Made by a program: the position numbers and the translations under genes
Notes under the pieces: model-generated
Told to the model about the DNA's origin: nothing
What the model saw: only the letters and a program-made list of their open reading frames with translations
Databases searched by the model: none
Assembly: GCA_036752825.1 (NCBI GenBank)
Contig: DAIORV010000005.1
Span: 6,641-70,640 of the forward strand
Source of the DNA: Chloroflexota bacterium
GTDB lineage: Bacteria; Chloroflexota; UBA5177
Direction of reading: 5' to 3'
Length of the DNA stretch: 64,000 bases
Shown here: one piece after another, positions 1-7,332 of the stretch
Layout: every line of letters starts with the position of its first letter
How positions within the stretch are numbered: the stretch's first letter is position 1

Positions 1-1
1 G

Positions 2-466
2 GAGCCGGCGCCGCTGCCCGCGCTCACCAACCTTTCAGGCCAGGACGTGTGGAAGTTGTACGCCTCCGGCCATTGGCCGCTTGGCGTCGTGGCCGGCAGC
101 AGCGTTTACCACGCGGTCCCCAGCTGGAACCAGCGAATGTCGAGCTCGTGGGGAGGCTGGAACAACCAGGAGCTGACGGACTTCACTGCTGGCCTCTATG
201 CTGCTCGACACCTCGCTACACGCCACCTTCATGAGGGCGGTCTGGAGCTTGGATGCAGCGGGATCGTCGGCATGAGCATCCAGCAGGAGGAGGAAGAGTA
301 CGAGGTGCGGGGCAGCAACGACAACGAGCGCACCGACATGATATTCACCTTCCACGCCATGGGCACCGCGATAACCGAGCGTGCCCCCCAGCACACGATT
401 CCGCCCATTCGACAGACGATCGACCTGCGCCGTGAAACCGCGGCCGTTGTTCGCACGTTGGCGTAG
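2..466 (+). CDS. YbjQ/DUF74-family protein, 5'-truncated by the window edge; paralog of the next gene
   Basis: The frame is open from nt 2. The translation ...LSGQDVWKLYASGHWPLGVVAGSSVYHAV...ATRHLHEGGLELGCSGIVGMSIQ...TDMIFTFHAMGTAI matches the DUF74 pattern of the downstream paralog, and the stop is TAG at 464-466. Confidence 0.6.
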   Translation, partial: EPAPLPALTNLSGQDVWKLYASGHWPLGVVAGSSVYHAVPSWNQRMSSSWGGWNNQELTDFTAGLYAARHLATRHLHEGGLELGCSGIVGMSIQQEEEEYEVRGSNDNERTDMIFTFHAMGTAITERAPQHTIPPIRQTIDLRRETAAVVRTLA

Positions 467-477
467 CAATCCCGTGT

Positions 478-503
478 AGCTGCACCCCTTTAGGGGTGCC
501 CCC
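478..503 (+). terminator. GC-rich stem-loop downstream of the first gene (gcacccc-ttta-ggggtgc); possible terminator
   Basis: A perfect 7-bp inverted repeat lies at 482-499, immediately after the stop codon. It has no clear T-tract. Confidence 0.35.
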
Positions 504-595
504 AACCAATCAGCCCCCGTAGCGCCTCCCAATGACCCAAATTCCCATGTAACCCGCCCGGTTTAGGGCATCCCGAGAGAGAGAGAGGAAAAACC

Positions 596-1414
596 ATGAC
601 CTACGATCCCGCATCCTTGGAAGGCGTCCCGACGCACGGGCGAGAGCGCATCGAGCGCATGAAGGAGGCCGAAAAACGCGGCTTCTTCACCAGCGATCTA
701 TCCGTCAACGAATTCCTGCTCGTGAAGCAGGCGGGCTTTGATCCACTCGGTCTGGTCGTCGGCAGCTCGATCTATCACATCGGATATCAGCAGTCGAACT
801 GGAGCCAGAACCAGGAGATGGAAGTTCTCACGCAGGCGATGTACCACGCCCGTGAGCTCGCCATGACTCGCATGGAGGAAGAGGCGGACCAGGTAGGCGC
901 GGATGGCGTCGTCGGCGTGCGTCTCGAGGTGGGCCGCTATGAATGGGGTGAGCATCTCGCCGAGTTCATCGCCATCGGCACCGCCGTGAGGCACCGCGAA
1001 GGCAAGCTGCACAGAGCGCCCAACAACCGGCCGTTCACCAGCGACCTGTCGGGTCAAGATTTCTGGACCCTCCTCTCGGCCGGCTATCGCCCAGTCGGAT
1101 TGGTGATGGGTAACTGCGTCTATCACGTGGCCCATCAGGGTCTGCGCGGCATGTTCAAGCAGATGGGCCAGAACGTCGAGATGCCCAACTACACCCAGGC
1201 CCTGTACGATGCCCGAGAGCTGGCCATGGAACGCATGCAGGCCGAAGCCGAGGGTGTGCAAGCCGAGGGCATCGTCGGCGTCCAGCTCCAGGAACGCAGC
1301 CACGGCTGGGGCTCGCACGTCATCGAATTTTTCTCGGTTGGCACGGCAGTTGTGCCGACCACCGAGGATCACCAGATTCCCACCCCATCATTGGTGCTCG
1401 GCCTGAACGACTAA
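596..1414 (+). CDS. Tandem double-DUF74 (YbjQ-like, putative heavy-metal-binding) protein
   Basis: Two internal repeats each carry GxVxGxxxYH...A(R)ELA(M)xRMxxEA...GADGVVGVRLE.., matching the YbjQ/DUF74 consensus (ARELAL..M..EA..GANAVIGVR). A purine-rich SD (GA)n precedes the ATG. Confidence 0.8.
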   Translation: MTYDPASLEGVPTHGRERIERMKEAEKRGFFTSDLSVNEFLLVKQAGFDPLGLVVGSSIYHIGYQQSNWSQNQEMEVLTQAMYHARELAMTRMEEEADQVGADGVVGVRLEVGRYEWGEHLAEFIAIGTAVRHREGKLHRAPNNRPFTSDLSGQDFWTLLSAGYRPVGLVMGNCVYHVAHQGLRGMFKQMGQNVEMPNYTQALYDARELAMERMQAEAEGVQAEGIVGVQLQERSHGWGSHVIEFFSVGTAVVPTTEDHQIPTPSLVLGLND

Positions 1415-1447
1415 AACTCCGAGAGCGGCGCCCTGGCGGGAGGCTTC

Positions 1448-3643
1448 ATGATCCTTGCCTGGCTGGCATGCGCCTTTGTCGCGGGCATCGTGCTGGGCTC
1501 GTGGATCGGGTTGCCGCTCATTCCCTTGCTGATCCTGGCGGCGCTCGGCACTGCCACGGCCCTCCTGCGCTGCAGGAGACGCGGTTGGACGGCCGCGGCC
1601 GTGTTAGCCATGCTGCTTCTCGGTGCGGCGCGCGCCCCAGGTGCAGCAGGCCCGCCCGGACCGCATGACCTGAGCTATTACAACGGCCGCACCGTCCAGC
1701 TGTCGGGCGTGGTCACTGCAGAACCGGACATCAGAGACACCGGCGCGAATTATGTCGTAACTGCAAAACAGCTGACCGCGAGCGGCAAAGCTCGCCCCAT
1801 TTCTGGTCAGCTCGAGCTCCATCTGCCCCTGAGCCAGCCGCTGGCATATGGGGATGTGGTCGTGCTCAGTGGGAGGCTCCGCACTCCGTCCAATGCCGCG
1901 GGCACCGCTTTTCGAGACATCCTGGCTCGCAGGGGCATCCGCTCAACCATGAGCTTCGTCCGGGTTATCGATAGGGGCCCGAGTAACACCGGCCTGGCCG
2001 GTTGGTTCGTCATGTTGCGCCAGTCGATCGAACGGAACATCGACTCCTGGCTACCGGAACCGGAGGCCTCACTGTTGATCGCCATAACTCTCGGGGCGAG
2101 AAGCGCCTCACTGGGTGATCTAGCGCCGGCATTTGTCGCCACGGGCTTGATTCACATCGTCGCCATTTCCGGCATAAAAGTAGCCATGGTCGCCGGCACC
2201 ATGTTCGAGCTGGCACGCCTTCTCAGGCGTCGCTTCCTCACCCTGACCTCGGCCTTGCTCGCGCTCTGGATCTACGTGTTGCTGACCGGCCTCACCGTCT
2301 CGGGCGTCCGCTCCGCGATCATGTGGACGCTCGTCTTCATCTCTTCGTACCTGGGCAGAACGACGGTCACGCTCGTCTCGCTCGCGGCCGCCGCGGCGGT
2401 CATGGTGGGCTTGCAGCCCGACCTCATATCGGATATCGGTTTTCAGCTTTCGACCATCGGCACCTTCGCCATCGTCGCCTTCACTCCGCCGCTCAGCCGT
2501 CTGTTTAGTCGCGTGCCATCGCCATTCAGAGAGTCGTTGAGCGTAACCCTGGCTGCCCAGCTGGGGACGCTTCCCGTGGTTGCGATCGGCTTCGGGACGG
2601 TCTCGGCCATTGGACCAATCGCCAACGCGCTCGTCCTCCCGCTGCTGCCTCTCTTGATCATCTTCGGCTTCGTACTGGGTGCGATCGGAGGCATCCCAGG
2701 CCTGGCCGCGCCACTGGCAGGCGTGACCTCTGCCCTCCTACATTTCGTATTGACTCTGACGGTGTGGCTTGCCAGGGTACCGGCGTTTCATACCGGAGGT
2801 CCGTTGGGAGTGCCTGCAATCGCCGCGTACTACGTGGCATTAGCCGTCATCGCCGGATGGTTGCTGAGGAAATCGAACTGGGCACCGGTGGCGCAATGGG
2901 CAAGTCGCGGCCGTGAAGTTCTGATTGCCGGCGCCGTTGGGCTCACACTGCTGAGCGCCTCCGAAGCGATGGCGACCACGGTTCAACCAGCGCAACTGGT
3001 GTGGCTGGGTTCCGGTGAAGCTATCCTGCTCACGACGCCACACCGCGCCGTTCTCATCGACGGCTCACCACATCCACTGGCGCTTTTGCGAGGGCTCGGC
3101 TCACGGCTCCTCGGCCGTTCCAGAGAGCTGGACGCCGTCATCGTCACCGATCCTCGGGGCTCGAATATCACCGGCTTGCGCGCTGTGATAGCCCGCTACG
3201 CGGTTCGCGAAGTCCTCGATGTCGGCACCGAGTATCCCTCCGCAACCTACGCCGCTTGGCGCTCGGATCTCGAGCATCGACACATCCCGGTCACGGCCCT
3301 GCGCACCGGAGTGGCCATCAGCGTAGAAGGCGTGAACCTTGCTGCCATCGCGCCGGACGATGTCTGCTCGGTTCCCGTCAACTGCGTCGGAATGTTGCGC
3401 ATTGTCGTCGGTCCTCATACTGTCCTACTCGCCGGATCATCGAGCGCCCGAGAGCAGCGAGAGGCACTATTCCGACGTGTCCCCATTAGCGCAGACACCC
3501 TCGTCTTCACCACGACCAAAGCCCACGACGCACTATTCACTCGACGCTCCGCCCGCTCCGCAACCCACGTCGTCTCACTCCCAGGATCCGGACCTTCGTC
3601 CGCCGCAGTCAGCACGACGACGAGAATCCTGGCTAGTCGCTAA
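1448..3643 (+). CDS. comEC: DNA internalization-related competence protein ComEC/Rec2
   Basis: This is a polytopic membrane protein with the Competence-domain motif GLIHIVAISGIKVAMVAG and a C-terminal metallo-beta-lactamase-like region. A GGGAGG SD precedes the ATG. Confidence 0.85.
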   Translation: MILAWLACAFVAGIVLGSWIGLPLIPLLILAALGTATALLRCRRRGWTAAAVLAMLLLGAARAPGAAGPPGPHDLSYYNGRTVQLSGVVTAEPDIRDTGANYVVTAKQLTASGKARPISGQLELHLPLSQPLAYGDVVVLSGRLRTPSNAAGTAFRDILARRGIRSTMSFVRVIDRGPSNTGLAGWFVMLRQSIERNIDSWLPEPEASLLIAITLGARSASLGDLAPAFVATGLIHIVAISGIKVAMVAGTMFELARLLRRRFLTLTSALLALWIYVLLTGLTVSGVRSAIMWTLVFISSYLGRTTVTLVSLAAAAAVMVGLQPDLISDIGFQLSTIGTFAIVAFTPPLSRLFSRVPSPFRESLSVTLAAQLGTLPVVAIGFGTVSAIGPIANALVLPLLPLLIIFGFVLGAIGGIPGLAAPLAGVTSALLHFVLTLTVWLARVPAFHTGGPLGVPAIAAYYVALAVIAGWLLRKSNWAPVAQWASRGREVLIAGAVGLTLLSASEAMATTVQPAQLVWLGSGEAILLTTPHRAVLIDGSPHPLALLRGLGSRLLGRSRELDAVIVTDPRGSNITGLRAVIARYAVREVLDVGTEYPSATYAAWRSDLEHRHIPVTALRTGVAISVEGVNLAAIAPDDVCSVPVNCVGMLRIVVGPHTVLLAGSSSAREQREALFRRVPISADTLVFTTTKAHDALFTRRSARSATHVVSLPGSGPSSAAVSTTTRILASR

Positions 3644-3675
3644 TGCGAAGCTGACGGGGCGCCCAACTGTATTCT

Positions 3676-3818
3676 CGATGTCCACCATTTCGCCATCAGA
3701 GTCGTAGGGCGAGCTGCGGTACTGTCAGCAATACCACCCTTTCGGGACGGCCCGCCGCGACTCCTGGCGTAGCGATGGTCACCATTCCGCCATCAGGGTC
3801 GTAGGGGCGAGCTGCGGT
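3676..3818. repeat. Two ~46-bp imperfect direct repeats (3676-3720 and 3773-3818, period 97 bp) in a non-coding gap; a third partial copy lies at ~3871-3897
   Basis: The copies are cgatgtccaccatttcgccatcagagtcgtagggcgagctgcggt and cgatggtcaccattccgccatcagggtcgtaggggcgagctgcggt. They differ by a few substitutions and one indel, so they do not form a protein-level repeat. Confidence 0.7.
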
Positions 3819-3974
3819 CGCCCGCGGTTGAGGACCAGTGATGTCTCTACCCTGCAGTGGGGTAGCGAACGAAGTCCGAGGGGCGAGCTGTATTGTGTTA
3901 CCGCTGGCGACAGCACGCGTTTCATAGGTCAGCAGAGCTTGAAGCAGACTTTCCCAGACACAGATGGAGAGACT

Positions 3975-5015
3975 ATGCGTGTCATCCCAGCCGCAGTGGT
4001 CCTTGCTGTCCTTTGCGTGGAGCCAGGGGCTGCTCACGTGAGCGCTCTGCCCCTTCGCGCGCAATCCGTTAGAAACGCCACCATCGTCCAGACCACAACG
4101 CGTCAAATCCACCTCTCTTTGCAGCTTCAGAAAGCGGTCTACCCGCGTAACGCCCTCGTTCTCACCACTGTCAGACTGACCAATAACTCCGCTCGTCCCA
4201 TAAGCACCTGGGACTGTCTCCGCAGCTCCCTCGGGGCCGAGGTCCCGAGGTCGAATGGGGAAGGTGACCTGTACCCGCCCTTGATCCCTCCACCAGGTGC
4301 GCCGTGGGCCGGCTGCCCTGGAGAGCTCGCCATGGGCGGCATCCGCCGCATGACGACCACCATTGCGGTGAGTCAGACCCTTACCCGCACGAGTTACGTG
4401 GTACTACGTGGCCTGTCCGTTCGCGGCTGGGCACAGCTCATGACTTCCCCTGGTCAGGGCAAGCCCACCATGCTGCAAACCCCGCTCATCCACATCCATC
4501 CGGCTCCGGCCGCCGGTCCTGCAGTTCGGCTGAGAACAGGACCGTCGATCTCTGTCCATGTGATACCCGTCACCGCCGGCGGCCCGCTTCTGTATTCCGA
4601 GTACGCATCATGTCGTACCCTTGAGCCTAACCGGCCCCTCACGGTGTCGGCCACATTTAGCCGGTGGTATCGCGCCTCGAAGACCGTCCTCTACCCCTTC
4701 CACCGGTCCTGCAGCTCTCTGCTCGAGTGGATGCTCTTCGTCGCGCAGCCAGGTCGCCCCATCGCGCGGGTCTACTACTGCGCCCAGCACGATCGCTGCA
4801 TCTACGCCCCTCCCACCCCTCAAGAACTGGGAATAGCTCGCTGCAAAGTGGACATCGCCAGAGCCGTGGTTGGAGGTCACTTGCCGGCTTCCTCGGCGCG
4901 CTACGCGATTGGCATCAGCTCTGTGCTGCCCTCGAGCCTAACGCCCAGACAACAAGCGCTTGCAAAGAAATTCCGTGCTCGTTGCGCTGGGCTCTTGGCT
5001 CGTCGCTGCCTCTAG
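3975..5015 (+). CDS. Hypothetical secreted protein (signal peptide, Cys-containing, Pro/Thr/Arg-rich); no family recognised
   Basis: ATG at 3975 follows GGAGAG. The N-terminus MRVIPAAVVLAVLCVEPGAAHVSA looks like a signal peptide, and GC3-biased codon usage continues to TAG at 5013-5015. The upstream extension of the ORF-track frame (3828-3974) is probably not translated. Confidence 0.5.
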   Translation: MRVIPAAVVLAVLCVEPGAAHVSALPLRAQSVRNATIVQTTTRQIHLSLQLQKAVYPRNALVLTTVRLTNNSARPISTWDCLRSSLGAEVPRSNGEGDLYPPLIPPPGAPWAGCPGELAMGGIRRMTTTIAVSQTLTRTSYVVLRGLSVRGWAQLMTSPGQGKPTMLQTPLIHIHPAPAAGPAVRLRTGPSISVHVIPVTAGGPLLYSEYASCRTLEPNRPLTVSATFSRWYRASKTVLYPFHRSCSSLLEWMLFVAQPGRPIARVYYCAQHDRCIYAPPTPQELGIARCKVDIARAVVGGHLPASSARYAIGISSVLPSSLTPRQQALAKKFRARCAGLLARRCL

Positions 5016-5118
5016 CCCTGCACCTCCTCGCCAGTGCAGAGCGGCGGCCACTAAAAAGATCCCCGTATTCCTCCTTGCCAAGGCGCGTAGCGCGGGAGCA
5101 AGTGGCTTTGTCTGGTAA

Positions 5119-6504
5119 TTGTGGCTTCGCCCTCCCATTGCGAAAATGCCTCATGTGCCAATCGATCCAGTTTCTCCTGCCCCCAGGACCTTTCTCCCTG
5201 TGACAAAAAGAAAAGCGCGACCGCCCATCGAGCTGGAGCTATCCCTCGGCGCCTGGTCCCCCAAAGGAAGCACCGTCGCGGAGCATGAAGGGCGGCGCAT
5301 ATCCATCGACGGCGGCATCCCCGGTGAGCGGGTCCTGGCCGAGGTCGACCGTCGATCCAGGCAGTGGCGTGGTGTGGTACGGGAGATGATCGATCCGGCC
5401 GCGTCTCGGGTGGCTCCTCCCTGCCCGTACTACCAGATGGGCTGCGGCGGCTGTCAGTGGCAGCACCTGGACTACGAGTCACAGCTCGACGCGAAACGTT
5501 CGGCGGTGGATGCGCAGCTCGGGGCCGCGGGCATGGCTCACCGAGTTGACGAGGTCCATCGCATGGACGATCCCTGGCGGTATCGCCGCACCGCCTCAAT
5601 CGCCATCGGTTGGGAGGCGGGGTTCCGGCCGCGTGCCAGGCACGGGATCGTCGAGATTCATGATTGTCTGATCTCACACCCCCTCATCGGCCAGCTGGCG
5701 GATCGACTGAACGTCCTGCTTCGTGCAGGCGAGCTGCCCAACTACCACGGCAGAGTGTGGCTGGAATCGACCGTTGTCGGATGTCCAGAAAACCCCGCCA
5801 TCCAGGTGCTGCTGCAGGGCATAGAGGGGCTCACCCTGGAGACCCACCCCGAGCTGCCGGTGCTGGCCGAGAAGCTTTGCCGGATCGAAAACGTGACCTC
5901 GGTCGCCTTTCGACATCGAAGCGGAGAGCCTCGCGCCCTCGTCGGCGACCTGATGAGTCGGATCGACGTCGCGGGAAAGCCCCTTTGGTTGCCCGCCGGG
6001 TCCTTCTTCCAGACAAACCTACAGATGCTGGAGCTGGTGTTGTCGCGAATGCGAGCCATCGTTTCGGCCCGTCACATCTCGAAGGCCGCGGACCTCTATG
6101 GAGGCGTCGGCACCTTCGCCCTGAATCTCGCCGAGCACGTCGACGAGATGCACCTGGTCGAGCTGGACTTTCTTTCCACAACCGCCGCGGCCAGAACCGC
6201 GGCTGATTGGGGACTCGCCAATCTCACCACCCTGGCAAGTCATGCGGAACGAGCCCTTCCCGCGCTCGAGCACCTGGATCTGATCGTCGTGGACCCGCCT
6301 CGTTCGGGCCTCGGTCCACCCGTCACGGAGGCCATCGTTCGAAATGGCGCCCCGCTTGTCCTCTACCTTTCATGTGCCCCGGCATCCCTGGCGCGTGACC
6401 TGGCCGGCCTCGGCGGAGGTGGCTACGCGCTGGACTCGGTGGAGATCTTCGATTTCTATCCGCAGACATACCACGTCGAGTCGCTGGCGGTGTTGAGCCG
6501 TTGA
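5119..6504 (+). CDS. 23S rRNA (uracil-C5)-methyltransferase RlmD/RumA family (TRAM domain, [4Fe-4S] cysteines, class I SAM MTase)
   Basis: The protein has a TRAM-like N-terminus, a CPYYQMGCGGC cluster plus a later Cys, DLYGGVGTFAL and VVDPPRSG SAM-MTase motifs. The start could instead be the ATG at 5146. Confidence 0.85.
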   Translation: MWLRPPIAKMPHVPIDPVSPAPRTFLPVTKRKARPPIELELSLGAWSPKGSTVAEHEGRRISIDGGIPGERVLAEVDRRSRQWRGVVREMIDPAASRVAPPCPYYQMGCGGCQWQHLDYESQLDAKRSAVDAQLGAAGMAHRVDEVHRMDDPWRYRRTASIAIGWEAGFRPRARHGIVEIHDCLISHPLIGQLADRLNVLLRAGELPNYHGRVWLESTVVGCPENPAIQVLLQGIEGLTLETHPELPVLAEKLCRIENVTSVAFRHRSGEPRALVGDLMSRIDVAGKPLWLPAGSFFQTNLQMLELVLSRMRAIVSARHISKAADLYGGVGTFALNLAEHVDEMHLVELDFLSTTAAARTAADWGLANLTTLASHAERALPALEHLDLIVVDPPRSGLGPPVTEAIVRNGAPLVLYLSCAPASLARDLAGLGGGGYALDSVEIFDFYPQTYHVESLAVLSR

Positions 6505-7142
6505 AACTCGTGCTGGCCTCCGGATCACCTCGACGCCGCGCTGTACTGCGAGCGCTTGTCGAGTCGTTTGAGGTCGATCCCGCGAACATCGACGAGCGCC
6601 GGCCACAACCTGGTGAGGATCCGGACGCCTACGCTCGAGAGCTGGCGCTCGAAAAGCTCAAGGCAACTGCCTCGCGCCATCCCGATGCGATCGTCCTCGC
6701 CGCCGACACCGTCGTTTACCGAGACGGAAGGGTTCTGGGCAAACCGAAGAGTGACTCCGACGCCCTGGATATGCTCAGTTTCTTGGCGGGCGGACGGCAT
6801 CAGATCATCACCGCCGTCGCGGTCTCGTGCGGAGAGCATCACGTTTCTTCCATGCGCTCGACCGTCCATTTCGCTGATATCTCGATTGCAGGCCTGCAGT
6901 CATATGTTGCGAGCGGCGAGGGCCGCGACAAGGCAGGCGCCTACGCTATCCAGGGTGGTGCCGGCGCGTTCATCTCCGGAGTTGAAGGATGTCTCGAAAA
7001 CATCATCGGGTTACCTCTCTGCGTGGTAGCGAACCTCCTCGAGGGATGCGATCTCCTTCTTCTACACGTGCCTGCTCCGTGCACACACTTCGCGCTCGAA
7101 CGAGGTTGGTCCCCGCACCTGGCCACATATCGAATGAGCTGA
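6501..7142 (+). CDS. maf: Maf-like nucleoside triphosphate pyrophosphatase (septum formation protein Maf)
   Basis: MKLVLASGSPRRRAVL...AADTVV...AYAIQG are Maf motifs. The TTG start overlaps the upstream stop (TTGA). Confidence 0.85.
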   Translation: MKLVLASGSPRRRAVLRALVESFEVDPANIDERRPQPGEDPDAYARELALEKLKATASRHPDAIVLAADTVVYRDGRVLGKPKSDSDALDMLSFLAGGRHQIITAVAVSCGEHHVSSMRSTVHFADISIAGLQSYVASGEGRDKAGAYAIQGGAGAFISGVEGCLENIIGLPLCVVANLLEGCDLLLLHVPAPCTHFALERGWSPHLATYRMS

Positions 7143-7332
7143 GCGCGCGCTCCACACTGTGTGCACGAATTTTCCGATCTTGTCCACACGGTCATTCGAG
7201 CGTTTGTCACAAGACGTCCGAGGCGTGGGAAATCGTCCCCACCGCAGCCATGAGGCAGCAGTTATGGTCAAGCCGCCGCAGCCCCTGAATGCTGTACCTT
7301 TCGAGAGTGATTTGCCGCCGTAAGGGGTCCTG

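Noticed and set aside
35-532. 165-aa ORF on the minus strand
   Set aside because: It lies antisense to a well-supported DUF74 gene, has a Gly/Ala/Arg-rich low-complexity product typical of spurious GC-rich ORFs, and matches no domain.
698-1372. 224-aa minus-strand ORF inside the double-DUF74 gene
   Set aside because: It is antisense to a gene with strong internal-repeat and family support, and is an artifact of high GC.
3828-3974. Upstream 49-codon extension of the 395-aa ORF-track entry
   Set aside because: It runs through the repeat-containing non-coding gap with poor codon bias. The internal ATG at 3975 has an SD and begins a signal peptide.
7143-7332. Possible oriC or DnaA-box cluster upstream of dnaA
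   Set aside because: Only two one-mismatch box-like 9-mers and no AT-rich DUE are present. This is insufficient to call an origin.
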